A DNA stretch of 64,000 nt, from positions 69,152-133,151 of the forward strand of contig CAVSAC010000011.1 in the NCBI GenBank assembly GCA_963725865.1, read 5' to 3'. The notes beneath the pieces are model-generated. The model ran no database searches and was not told where the DNA came from. It saw nothing but the letters and a program-made list of their open reading frames with translations. The translations under genes and the position numbers were made by a program. The stretch's first letter is position 1; each line of letters opens with the position of its first letter. Shown here in pieces: positions 12,092 to 21,324 of the stretch. The stretch comes from Candidatus Eiseniibacteriota bacterium (GTDB taxonomy: Bacteria; Eisenbacteria; RBG-16-71-46).

Positions 12092-15000
12092 ATGAACGCC
12101 CGAACCCTTGCCGCGCTCGCCCTGCTCACACTGTTCGCCCCATCGGCGGCGCTCGCGCTCTGTCCCAACTGGCGCGTCGGCCCGCTCCTCAACCAGGACG
12201 GCGCCAACGGCGCGAACGGCCCGATCGGCGAAGCGACCGTGTGGGATCCGGACGACGTCGGCCCGCTCCAGACCCGACTGGTGATCGCCGGCTCGTTCAG
12301 CCAGGTGCAGGGCTTCTCCACCGGCGGTCTCGCCGAGCACGACCCCGCCACGGGCACGTGGCACTCGCTCGGCAGCGGCGTCAGCGGACAGGTCATGTGC
12401 TTCACGGTCTACAACGGCGAGCTGATCGTGGCCGGCACGCTGCACCGCCGGCGGGTCGCCCGTCAACCGGATCGCGCGCTGGAATGGCAGCTCGTCGGCC
12501 CGCTCATCAACCAGGACGGCGCCAACGGCGCGAACGGCCCGATCGGCGAAGCGACCGTGTGGGATCCGGATGACGTCGGTCCGCTCCAGACCCGGCTGGT
12601 GATCGCCGGCTCGTTCAGTCAGGTGCAGGGCTTCTCCACCGGCGGTCTCGCCGAGCACGACCCCGCCACGGGCACGTGGCACCCGCTCGGGAGCGGCGTC
12701 AGCGGACAGGTCATGTGCTTCACGGTCTACAACGGCGAGCTGATCGTGGCCGGCACGCTCGCCACCGCCGGCGGCTCGCCCGTCAATCGGATCGCGCGCT
12801 GGAATGGCAGCTCGTGGCAGGCGCTCGGCAGCGGCATCCTCGGCACCTACGTCCGGGCGCTCACGGTCTACAACGGCGAGCTGATCGCCGCCGGGCTGTT
12901 CAGCGACGCCGGCGGCGTCCCGGTCAACAACATCGCGCGCTGGAACGGCTCGTCGTGGGCCGCGCTCGGCGCCGGGGTCACGGGCAACATCTCGGCGGTG
13001 GGCCTGTGGGGCACCGACCTGGTCGTGGGAGGGCGCCATCAGCAACGGCGGGGGGCACCCCCGTGAGCGGCGTCGCGCGCTGGAACGGCTCGTCGTGGTC
13101 GGCCATGGGCGCGGGCCTGGTGGGTGGCGTGGCGGACTTCCAGGGCTACAACGGCGCGTTCTACGCGGCGGTCAACACCACCTCCGGCGGCACGCCGGCC
13201 AGCTACATCGCCGCGTGGAACGGCTCGTCGTGGTCGAGCTCACCGATCTGGTCGCCGCTCACCCTCGACGACCTCGAGGTCTTCAACGGCCTGCTCTACA
13301 CCTGCGGCGCCGCCACCACCGGGACCGGCGGCCCCTCGAACGGCGTGTTCATGTACGACGGCGCGCTCCACCAGGTGGGGGCGGCGGTCACCGGCACGAA
13401 CACCCGGCTCCAGACCTACGGCAGCGAGCTGATCGCGATGGGCACGTTCACGTCGATCGACTCCCGGGTCATGAACCACATCGCTCGCTGGGATGGCACC
13501 CTCTGGGGCGCGTACAACGGCAACAACACCTTCGTCGTCGCCGCGATGACGCGCTTCCTCGGCCGCACCGTCGCCGGCGGCACCTTCCATCGCTTCCTGT
13601 TCGCCGGGCCGGTCGCGCACAACATCATCGGCTGGGACGGCGCGACGCCGAGCGCGTTCGGCACCGGCATGGATGGGCCGGTCACGGCGCTCAAGGCCTT
13701 CACCAACCCGGGGGTGTTCGGCGCCGACGAGCTGGTCGCCGGCGGCAGCTTCAGCCACGCCGGAGGGATCGCCGCCACCAACGTCGCACACTGGGTGGTC
13801 CGCCAGGCCGCCTTCCCGCCGCCCGCCTGGGCGCCGATGGGGACGGGCTTCAACGGCGAGGTCGAAGCCATCGAGCGCTTCAGCAGCGCCACCTACGCCG
13901 CGGGCGTCTTCACCGCCTCGGGCGCGACGGCGCTCAATCACATCGCGCGCTGGAACTCGACCACCAGCACGTGGCAGCCATTGAGCCTGGGTCTCACGGG
14001 TGGGGACGTCTACGCGCTGCGGACGTTCGGTGGCTACCTCTACGCGGGGGCAGCTTCACGACCGCCGGCGGCGTGGCCACCGGCGGCCTCGCGCGCTGGG
14101 ACGGCACCGTCTGGAGCGCGGTCGGTGGATTCTTCAGCGGACAGGTGTTCGCGCTCGAGGTCCACGATGGCCGCCTCGTCATCGGCGGCCTGTTCCCGGG
14201 CCTTCCCCGGCTCGCCCAATCTCGCGCAGTGGGACGGCAGCGCGTACTCGACACTCGGGACCGGCGGCACGGACGCCTACATCCGCGGGATGCACTCGAC
14301 GGGGACGAGGCTGTACGTCGGCGGCAACTTCGCCAGCCTCGGCGGGGTCCCGGCGGCTCATCTCGGCTACTGGGACGGCACCTGGCACGAGGCGCGCGGT
14401 GGCGCCGACAACCTGGTGAACACCATCACCCACAATCACAACATCGTCGACGTGGGCGGCTACTTCACCAACATGGACCACGGCTCCTTCATCAACACGC
14501 CGACGTGGGCTTCTTACGACGAGACCGGGGTGCCCGACTTCCGCACCCTTCCGTTCTCGCAGTCGGCTGACCCGGGCACCGACGTCAGCTTCACCGCCGT
14601 GCCCGACACGGGCTACACCGGTCTCGCGCTGCAGTGGTACCGGGATGGGGCGCCGCTGTCGGACGGCCCCACCGGCTCGGGCTCCGTGCTGAGCGGCACC
14701 CACACCGAGGTGCTGAACATCCACGACGTGACCGGGCCCGACATCGGCACCTACACCGTGGTGGTCACCAACGGCTGCGGCAGCGCCACGACCCCGCCCG
14801 TGACCCTCTCCGTCACGCTCGGCGTGGACGACCGGGGCGCCATGGGCGCCACGGTGTTCGAGGCGATCGGGCCGAATCCCTCGCGCGGCACGGCGCAGAT
14901 CACGTTCTCGCTGGCGCGCGAGGCGCGGGTACGGCTGTCGGTGCGCGACGTGGCGGGCCGTAACGTGCGCGTCGTCGACGCCGGCCCGATGGCGGCGGGG

Positions 15001-15126
15001 CATCACCAGCTGCCGTGGGACGCGCTCGACGCCGGCGGACAGCGGCTCCACGCCGGCGTCTACTTCGTCGGGCTCGAGGTCGACGGCCGCGCCATCGGCA
15101 CCCGGGGGCTGACCCTGTTGCGCTGA
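12092..15126 (+). CDS. secreted beta-propeller repeat protein + Ig domain + FlgD-Ig/T9SS-CTD-like domain, frameshifted
   Basis: GAGGAGG RBS, signal peptide, many [15 protein letters not shown] repeats, Ig-like LQWYRDG...[14 protein letters not shown]-terminal GPNPSRG..ITFSL...[15 protein letters not shown]. Confidence 0.85.
12175..12815 (+). repeat. tandem duplication of about 318-320 bp inside the beta-propeller gene
   Basis: cgtcggcccgctc(c/a)tcaaccaggacggcgcc starts at both 12175 and 12493; the copies differ by a few substitutions and a net 2-nt indel. Confidence 0.95.
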
Positions 15127-15397
15127 CTGGGCATCGTGAGGCACCGGGGCCCGGCGCGCCGCCCGCGCCGGGCCCCGACCGTCAGGGGTCCCCGCGCCGC
15201 CATCTCCCCGGACGCCACGGATCCCGGCCCGTCCTGCGTGACCTGGCACCGCCACCGTCCCTGCCGGCCGCCGGGACGCCGCGGCGGCATCCGGTGGTTG
15301 GGCCCTGCGGTCCTTCGGGGCCCTCCCCGGGAACCTTCCCATCCCGGCCCCGCCGTGACATATTCGGGTGTGCAGACCACCAGCGAGGGTCACCCCG

Positions 15398-16731
15398 ATG
15401 CTCCGTGCGCTCTTCGTCGACGACGACGCCGACTTCCTCGCGGGCGTGGCCGAGGTGGCCACCCAGGAGGGCTTCGCCGTCACCGGCGCGCGCTCGCTCC
15501 AGGAGGCGCGCGAGCACCTCGCGAACGCCCCGCGGATCTCGTGCTGATCGACCTGAGCCTGCCCGACGGCGACGGGGTCGAGTTGCTGCGGGAGCTGCAA
15601 GGACACGAGCACTCCGACGTGATCCTCGTCTCGGGGAGTGGCCACGGTGGATTCCGCGATCGAGGCCCTGCGGCTCGGCGCGCTCGACTACCTCACCAAG
15701 CCCGTGGACATCGTGCGCCTCAAGGCGGTGCTCGCCCACGTCCTGCGCCTGCGCATCGCTCAAGGAGGAGGTCGGCACCCTGCGCGGCGAGCTGCGCAAG
15801 TTCGGCCGCTTCGGCCGGCTGATCGGCGTCTCGCCGGCGATGCAGAAGGTGTACGACCTGATGACCAAGGTCGCGCCCACCGACGCCACGGTCTTCATCA
15901 CCGGCGAGAGCGGCACGGGCAAGGAGCTCGTCGCGCAGACGATCTACGAGCTCAGTCAGCCGGCGCCGCCGGCCGTTCCTGCCGCTCGACTGCGGCGCCA
16001 TCCCGAAGGACCTGATCGAGAGCGAGCTGTTCGGCCACGAGCGCGGCAGCTTCACCGGCGCGACCCAGCTGCGGCGCGGCTGCTTCGAGCGAGCGGCCGG
16101 CGGGCACGCTGTTCCTCGACGAGATCACGGAGATGCCGATCGAGCTGCAGGTCAAGCTCCTGCGCGTGCTCGAGTCCGGCTCGCTGGTCCGCGTCGGCGG
16201 CGACGAGCCCGTTCCCGTGAACGTGCGCCTGATCGCGGCGTCGAACCGCAGTGCCCCTGGACGCCGTGCAGCGACGGCAAGCTGCGCGAGGACCTGCTAC
16301 TACCGCATCAACGTGTTCCCGATCGCGCTGCCGCCGCTGCGCGACCGCGACGGCGACGTGCTGCTGCTGGCCGATCAGTTCCTCGAATCGCTCAATGCCG
16401 CCCAGGGCACCTCGAAGCGGCTGAGCGCCGCGGCGCGCGAGCGCATCCAGGCGCACCCGTGGCGCGGCAACGTGCGCGAGCTCAAGAACGAGCTGCAGCG
16501 CGCGTTCATCCTGTCCGAAGGCGTGATCGAGCTCTGCGGACCTGAGCCCGGCGGCCGGCGGCCTCCGGACGCCGCGCGCCCGAGCGCGGCGGCTCGCTCG
16601 AGGAGTCCGAGCGCCAGCTCATCCTCGCCACGCTCGAGCAGTGCGCCGGCGACAAGAAGAGGGCGGCGCAGCTGCTGGGCATCAGCCTCAAGACGCTCTA
16701 CAACCGGCTGCACCTCTACGCCGGGACCTGA
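15398..16731 (+). CDS. sigma-54-dependent response regulator (REC-AAA+-Fis HTH, NtrC family), frameshifted
   Basis: [17 protein letters not shown] and YLTKP (REC); GESGTGKE Walker [52 protein letters not shown]. Confidence 0.93.
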
Positions 16732-16827
16732 GGCTCGGACCGGCGGCCCGCTCGAGGCCCGGCCCGTCGCCAGGGGCCCACGCCAACTCGAGCCAGCGGC
16801 GCAGCGCGGCGTCGATCGGCGCCTCGA

Positions 16828-17022
16828 TCAAGGTCCACCGTGCCCCGGCCACCGCTCCCAGCAGGAGCCGCCATCATCGAGCCAGCGCTGTTCTCCGACT
16901 CGATCGTCGCGGCGATCGCCGCGAGCGAGGATGCCGAGCAGCGACGGCCAGCGGTGGCGGAGAAGTCCCGCGCCCAAGGCGATTGTTACAACGACCAGGC
17001 TGATCTGGATCAGGAGCGGCAC
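16828..17022 (-). CDS. small single-TM hypothetical protein (64 aa)
   Basis: GAAAGGGG RBS-like sequence, GTG start, VPLLIQISLVVVTIALGAGLL hydrophobic N-terminus, sigma-54-like promoter upstream. Confidence 0.5.
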   Translation of the reverse strand: MPLLIQISLVVVTIALGAGLLRHRWPSLLGILARGDRRDDRVGEQRWLDDGGSCWERWPGHGGP

Positions 17023-17103
17023 CGGGGGTGCCCCTTTCGGTGGGTATTCCGATGTGAAGCGCCGATGCCCTCGATCGCGCGTGGCCCGGCACGTGAGCCA
17101 CTC

Positions 17104-17118
17104 GCAACAAGCAGGCCA
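17104..17118 (-). promoter_or_regulatory. sigma-54 -24/-12 promoter
   Basis: TGGCCTGCTTGTTGC (GG-N10-GC with TTGC). Confidence 0.7.
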
Positions 17119-17273
17119 CTGATCCGGCACCTCAGGTGGGCATCGGCGGCTCGAGTGCGGCGGTGGCGCCGAGACTCGGGCGCCCGCTATCGGCCGGACG
17201 TCTTCCGCCGAGACTCCCCAATGCGTCAGGGCGTGCGCGGGCAGCACCCCCAGGTCGCCGGGACGATCCGGGT

Positions 17274-17305
17274 TGAAGGTTCCACCGGTTCTTGAAGGAA
17301 CTGCC
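17274..17305. promoter_or_regulatory. tandem activator-binding sites (putative UAS)
   Basis: TGAAG-GTT-CCACC and TGAAG-GAA-CTGCC with a 19-bp period, between two divergent sigma-54-like promoters. Confidence 0.6.
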
Positions 17306-17414
17306 TCCCGTCGTCGTCGGCTCGCGCGTCGCGAGCGCGTCCCGACCGACTCCGACCATCGCCATCGCGAGCGCTGGCAACGCCTGGAAGGGATGTGCGC
17401 CGCTCGCGGTGGCT

Positions 17415-17429
17415 TGGCATCAATCTGGC
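17415..17429 (+). promoter_or_regulatory. sigma-54-like promoter (variant -12)
   Basis: TGGCATCAATCTGGC; an identical 15-mer lies at 19365-19379 on the minus strand. Confidence 0.55.
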
Positions 17430-17446
17430 GTAGTCGTCTGTCGACC

Positions 17447-17698
17447 ATGCGAACCACACTCGGCTTGTTTGCGGCCTTCGTCGGAGTCTCACTCATGCTC
17501 TGGAGCGGGTGCTTCGGACTCCGGGGCCACGCAGGAGCCAGAGTCCTGGCCACGGCACCGATCATCGTGTCTGCCAGTGCGGAGCACTCGCGAGTCCCGG
17601 TGCTCACTCCTGCATCCGCGCGGTCGCGGACCCTTCCCGGTCCCCGGGATTCGTCCGCGGTCGCCAGGCCGCCGACCGCCGGCTCACCTTCCGAATAG
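17447..17698 (+). CDS. possible small secreted protein or lipoprotein
   Basis: MRTTLGLFAAFVGVSLMLWSGC is signal/lipobox-like and lies just downstream of the 17415 promoter; the rest is low complexity. Confidence 0.35.
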   Translation: MRTTLGLFAAFVGVSLMLWSGCFGLRGHAGARVLATAPIIVSASAEHSRVPVLTPASARSRTLPGPRDSSAVARPPTAGSPSE

Positions 17699-18556
17699 GT
17701 CGGTGGCGTCGAAGCTCACGCCCAGGGTGAGGTGCAGCGAAGTGAGCCTGAGTCCGTCAGGCAGCCGTCTCAGCACCGCCTCGGGCAGAGGCAGCTCGGA
17801 CGGCCCCCGGTAGCGGATCGACGACCAGCGGATGTGCTGTGCGCTGATCCCGCCGATCACGCGCACGCCGTGGTGCGCGCGCCAGCCCAGCAGCAGGGAC
17901 GCCTCCGGCGCCAGCGCCCGCTCCGTGTCGAATCGCACCAGGGTGCTGTCGGAGCTGCCGTTGGCCTGGGCCAGCTGCACCACGTTCGCTCCCAGCGTGG
18001 CGTACCAGAACGTGAACCGCGACGCGTGCCACACCGGGAACGGTCCGAACAGCGCGCTGGCGTAGAACCCGCCCACCGGGAACGTCGAGGCGAGCGTGCC
18101 GCGGCGGCCATGGACGTCCACGCGGTACGCGCCCGCGTACTGGTAGCCCATGGCCAGCGACACCCAGCCGTCGCGCCCGGGGAGCGTGTGGTGGCTGCGC
18201 ACGGCATGGACGGAGCGCAGGGTGTCCACTCGCGTCGCTCCCGGGGTGATCGCCGTGCCTTGGACCCACTCGACCACGGTCCGCACCGAGTCGAGCGTCA
18301 CGATCGTGTCGGGCTGTCCGCCGAATGGACCGAACAGCGCCGCGAACCCGCCGCGCACGATCGGGTGACGGTCACTGAGGTAGAACGCCTCGGGGTGCCG
18401 GACGTCGCGATAGCCCAGCGAGCCCCAGAGATACCCGCCGGTCAGCTTGGCGAACGGGGGAGCGATGGAGTTGAACTGCGCTCGCGCGGGCGTTGTGGAG
18501 CCGAGGAGCACCAGAGCCGCCGCGAGGGCGGCGGCTCGAGCGGCGACGCGCTTCAT
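17684..18556 (-). CDS. exported hypothetical protein, possible outer-membrane beta-barrel
   Basis: GGAGG RBS, signal peptide MKRVAARAAALAAALVLLGSTTPARA, alternating aromatic/hydrophobic strands, C-terminal SLHLTLGVSF. Confidence 0.65.
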   Translation of the reverse strand: MKRVAARAAALAAALVLLGSTTPARAQFNSIAPPFAKLTGGYLWGSLGYRDVRHPEAFYLSDRHPIVRGGFAALFGPFGGQPDTIVTLDSVRTVVEWVQGTAITPGATRVDTLRSVHAVRSHHTLPGRDGWVSLAMGYQYAGAYRVDVHGRRGTLASTFPVGGFYASALFGPFPVWHASRFTFWYATLGANVVQLAQANGSSDSTLVRFDTERALAPEASLLLGWRAHHGVRVIGGISAQHIRWSSIRYRGPSELPLPEAVLRRLPDGLRLTSLHLTLGVSFDATDLFGR

Positions 18557-18615
18557 GCGGACCTCCGATCGAGACGCGCCGGGACGGCGAGCCGACCCCG
18601 GAGTATCGCAGCTCC

Positions 18616-19272
18616 CTATCCCGAAGCCGCGCGGGTGCGAGGCGCCGGGGTCCTCACCTGCGACGGAGCGCTCGGGGGCAGGGCGAGGACCCGATCCACG
18701 CGCCGCGCCGCGTTGGCGAGCTCCGAGAAACCCTGGACGAACACCGCGGGCAGCTTGAACACGTAGCCCGGGAGTGGACGAGTCGCTTCCCGGTTCCCCA
18801 TCTCGAAGGGGTAGTACAGGGGATACCCCACCTCGTCCTCCAGCGCGCGCAGCGAGGGGAAGAAGCTCCACTGGGTCCGGGCGATCTCCTGCAGGGGCAA
18901 CGCGACGTCCAGAGTGGTGGATCGCTGGAGCGGGATACCCCAGCTGGGCAGCAGCTCGTGGGTGGATCCGGCTCCGGTGGACGCGGAGGGCGATGGCCAC
19001 GGGAGGCGTTGCTTCTCGACCCGGCCGTGCGCGACGGACCACGCGATGATCGCCTCCTGCGACGAGTCGTAGTGGAAGACGACATCGCCACCCTTGACGT
19101 AGGTGATCAACCGGTGAGTCCAGGCGGTGGACTGCCGGCCCTCGCCGCGCGGCGCCGCCAGGATCGCCTCACGGCCGGCTCGCCCCGTGACGTCGAGCCA
19201 GAAGCGCTCCCGGGGCACTCCTTCCCACCACGCGTTGATGCCGTCCTCGCGGGTCCTCCAGCTCATGGCCAT
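18616..19272 (-). CDS. hypothetical protein with a possible EVE/PUA-like domain
   Basis: GGAGGAGG RBS; ERFWLDVT...THRLITYVKGGDVVFHYDSSQEAIIAWSVAHG...YPLYYPFE...GYVFKLP. Confidence 0.65.
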   Translation of the reverse strand: MAMSWRTREDGINAWWEGVPRERFWLDVTGRAGREAILAAPRGEGRQSTAWTHRLITYVKGGDVVFHYDSSQEAIIAWSVAHGRVEKQRLPWPSPSASTGAGSTHELLPSWGIPLQRSTTLDVALPLQEIARTQWSFFPSLRALEDEVGYPLYYPFEMGNREATRPLPGYVFKLPAVFVQGFSELANAARRVDRVLALPPSAPSQVRTPAPRTRAASG

Positions 19273-19364
19273 CCCTCCTCCAGCATCATCGGGCGCGGCG
19301 CGCAGAACCCTGCCGGCCTGCGGAGCCCGCTCGATCGAGCACCGACCGTCGCATCGTCGATTCA

Positions 19365-19379
19365 GCCAGATTGATGCCA
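19365..19379 (-). promoter_or_regulatory. sigma-54-like promoter (variant -12)
   Basis: TGGCATCAATCTGGC about 90 bp upstream of the 19272 start. Confidence 0.6.
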
Positions 19380-19487
19380 GACCCTCGGGCCAGCGGGCGT
19401 GTCCGCTAACTCGTTCCTGGTCAACTGGCGCCGGGACGCCCCCCGGCCGACGACGCGCGCGAGGGGCCTCGGGCACGTCGCGCTGAT

Positions 19488-19522
19488 TGAAATGACTTCC
19501 AAGGCGGGTGGAAGGAACTTCA
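19488..19522. promoter_or_regulatory. tandem activator-binding sites (putative UAS)
   Basis: TGAAA-TGA-CTTCC and GGAAG-GAA-CTTCA, 22-bp period. Confidence 0.7.
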
Positions 19523-19790
19523 AGGCTGACGGGGCCGGGCGGGTATCGAGGACCCGCGGGGGTAAGCGCCAGGCGCGCGGGGCACGCAACGAGCCCCGGG
19601 CAGGTCCAGCCCCGGTGAAGCCTCGAAGGGCCGTGGGCCCACGTGGGTGGTGCATCGTCGCGATCGGGCCTCACGGTGTGCGCTCAGTCCACACATGGGG
19701 CGTGCCGGCGCGTCGAGGTCCGCACCGAGTTGACTCCTCATCCTGATGCGCGGCAGTGGTTTGGGCCGACCGAGGCACCCGATGCCCGGT

Positions 19791-19805
19791 TGGCACCGGG
19801 CTTGC
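19791..19805 (+). promoter_or_regulatory. sigma-54 -24/-12 promoter
   Basis: (T)TGGCACCGGGCTTGC matches the TGGCAC-N5-TTGC consensus exactly. Confidence 0.85.
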
Positions 19806-20038
19806 GGTTACGTGCCGGCGCGGGACGTCAGCGAGTCCGCGGCTTCAATGGCCACCCTCCGCTCGCTCTCAGCCCCGTCGCGAATGAGCCCACACCTACC
19901 CCTCGGGCCGATTCACGAACAACGACTCCGGACACGCCACGCACAAGAGTGAAGTCGCTCCAGACCCATCGGGTCCGAGGACCGACCGCACCTGCCTGCG
20001 GGATCCACGACTCCTCGGCTTACGGACCGGGAGGACTC

Positions 20039-20710
20039 ATGAACCCTACTCGTCGATGCATCGCTCTGCTGGCCACCCTGTCGCTCGTTCTCCTGGCGAC
20101 GCCGGCGCCTGCATCCATCGCTTCCGCCACTCCGTTCACCATCCGCTGGACCGCGCCCGGAGACGACATCCGGGTCGGCCGGGCGACGGTCTACGACCTG
20201 CGCTACTCGCGCGCCCCGCTCACGGCGACGAACTTCGCCGTGGCCACGAAGCTCACGGGGCTCCCCTTGCCCGCGGTCTCGGGATCGCCGGAGTCGCTGG
20301 TGGTCTCGGGGCTGTCCGACAGCGTGGCCCTCTACCTGGCGATCAAGTCCGCCGACGAGATCGGGAACTGGTCGCTGATGTCGAACGTGCTGGTGCGGCC
20401 GGCGCGTACCGCGGGCATCGATCCGACGGCGCTCGCGCTCTCGTTCTCCTCGCCGTGGCCCAATCCCGCGCGCGAGTCGGTGCACTGGTCCTATACCCTG
20501 CCGCTGGCCGCACCGCTCCAGGTCGATGTGTTCGACGCCATGGGCCGCCACGTGCAGACCGTGGCGAGCGGGGAGCGCGTCGCGGGCCGGGGCGATCTGT
20601 CCTGGGACCTGCGCGACGAGGGCGGCCGTCCGGTGGGTGCGGGCATCTACTTCGCGAAGGCCCATCTCGGCTCCAAGGCGTGGACGAGCCGGCTGGTCAT
20701 CGTGCGCTGA
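20039..20710 (+). CDS. small secreted protein: FN3-like domain + FlgD-Ig/T9SS-CTD-like domain
   Basis: GGAGG RBS, signal peptide, IRWTAPGDD...YDLRYS...YLAIKSADEIGNWSLMSN (FN3-like), PWPNPAR...WDLRDEGGRPVGAGIYF. Confidence 0.85.
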   Translation: MNPTRRCIALLATLSLVLLATPAPASIASATPFTIRWTAPGDDIRVGRATVYDLRYSRAPLTATNFAVATKLTGLPLPAVSGSPESLVVSGLSDSVALYLAIKSADEIGNWSLMSNVLVRPARTAGIDPTALALSFSSPWPNPARESVHWSYTLPLAAPLQVDVFDAMGRHVQTVASGERVAGRGDLSWDLRDEGGRPVGAGIYFAKAHLGSKAWTSRLVIVR

Positions 20711-20871
20711 ACCGGGGGGTCCGCCGCCGCAAGTCGCCTCCAGCCGATCCATCGCGCGGACCCCACTCGATCGCTCGGACCCACACGCGAAATATGCCGG
20801 CGAGGGCGCGCCCCGGGATCTCCCCAGGACGTCGCCCTCGTTCCATGTCTCCCATCGGCTGGCTCCCGGAT

Positions 20872-20903
20872 TGAAGATCCCTCCGCGGGTTGAAGTTCCT
20901 TCC
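20872..20903. promoter_or_regulatory. tandem activator-binding sites (putative UAS)
   Basis: TGAAG-ATC-CCTCC and TGAAG-TTC-CTTCC, 19-bp period. Confidence 0.7.
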
Positions 20904-21005
20904 CACGCGGAAGCTGCGGATCCGCTCCACCACGAGCGTCGTGGAGGACGCGTACGGCGCACCCCTCCAACGGGTTGGCCGCGATCGCGATGGGTCCCGC
21001 CCCGA

Positions 21006-21020
21006 TGGCACCGATCGTGC
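21006..21020 (+). promoter_or_regulatory. sigma-54 -24/-12 promoter
   Basis: TGGCACCGATCGTGC. Confidence 0.7.
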
Positions 21021-21324
21021 CTTGCAGCCTCGAGTAGTACAGCGGGTGGCGCGGTCGCAGTCGGTCCGGAGGGGAGAAACGGATTGGACACGGCCGCCCA
21101 CCGCTTATCGTTGGGATGGGCCCCGAGGAATGCCAGAGCGATCTCCGGGACTGCGGTGTGCCGAGCCCCACGGTCGAGCACCGCGATCCTGGAGCGGGAG
21201 GAGGCAGCCCTTCCGCGTGGATCGAGCCGGCGCGAAACTGGTTGTGGGAGAGTCGCCGGGGGAGCCAGACTGGTGACACCGCCTTCGGTCGGCCGAAGCC
21301 TCCCATCACGAAACGAGGAACTCT

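Noticed and set aside
12700..14400. Recurrent gcgcgctggaacggctcgtcgtgg-like DNA repeats as a possible CRISPR array
   Set aside because: They are degenerate, irregularly spaced, in frame and encode the IARWNGSSW propeller repeats; no cas genes are present.
21244..21310. Glycine riboswitch (GGAGAG-stem-CACCG)
   Set aside because: It lacks the following GAAG and CUCUCAGG-type elements, and no glycine-related gene lies downstream.
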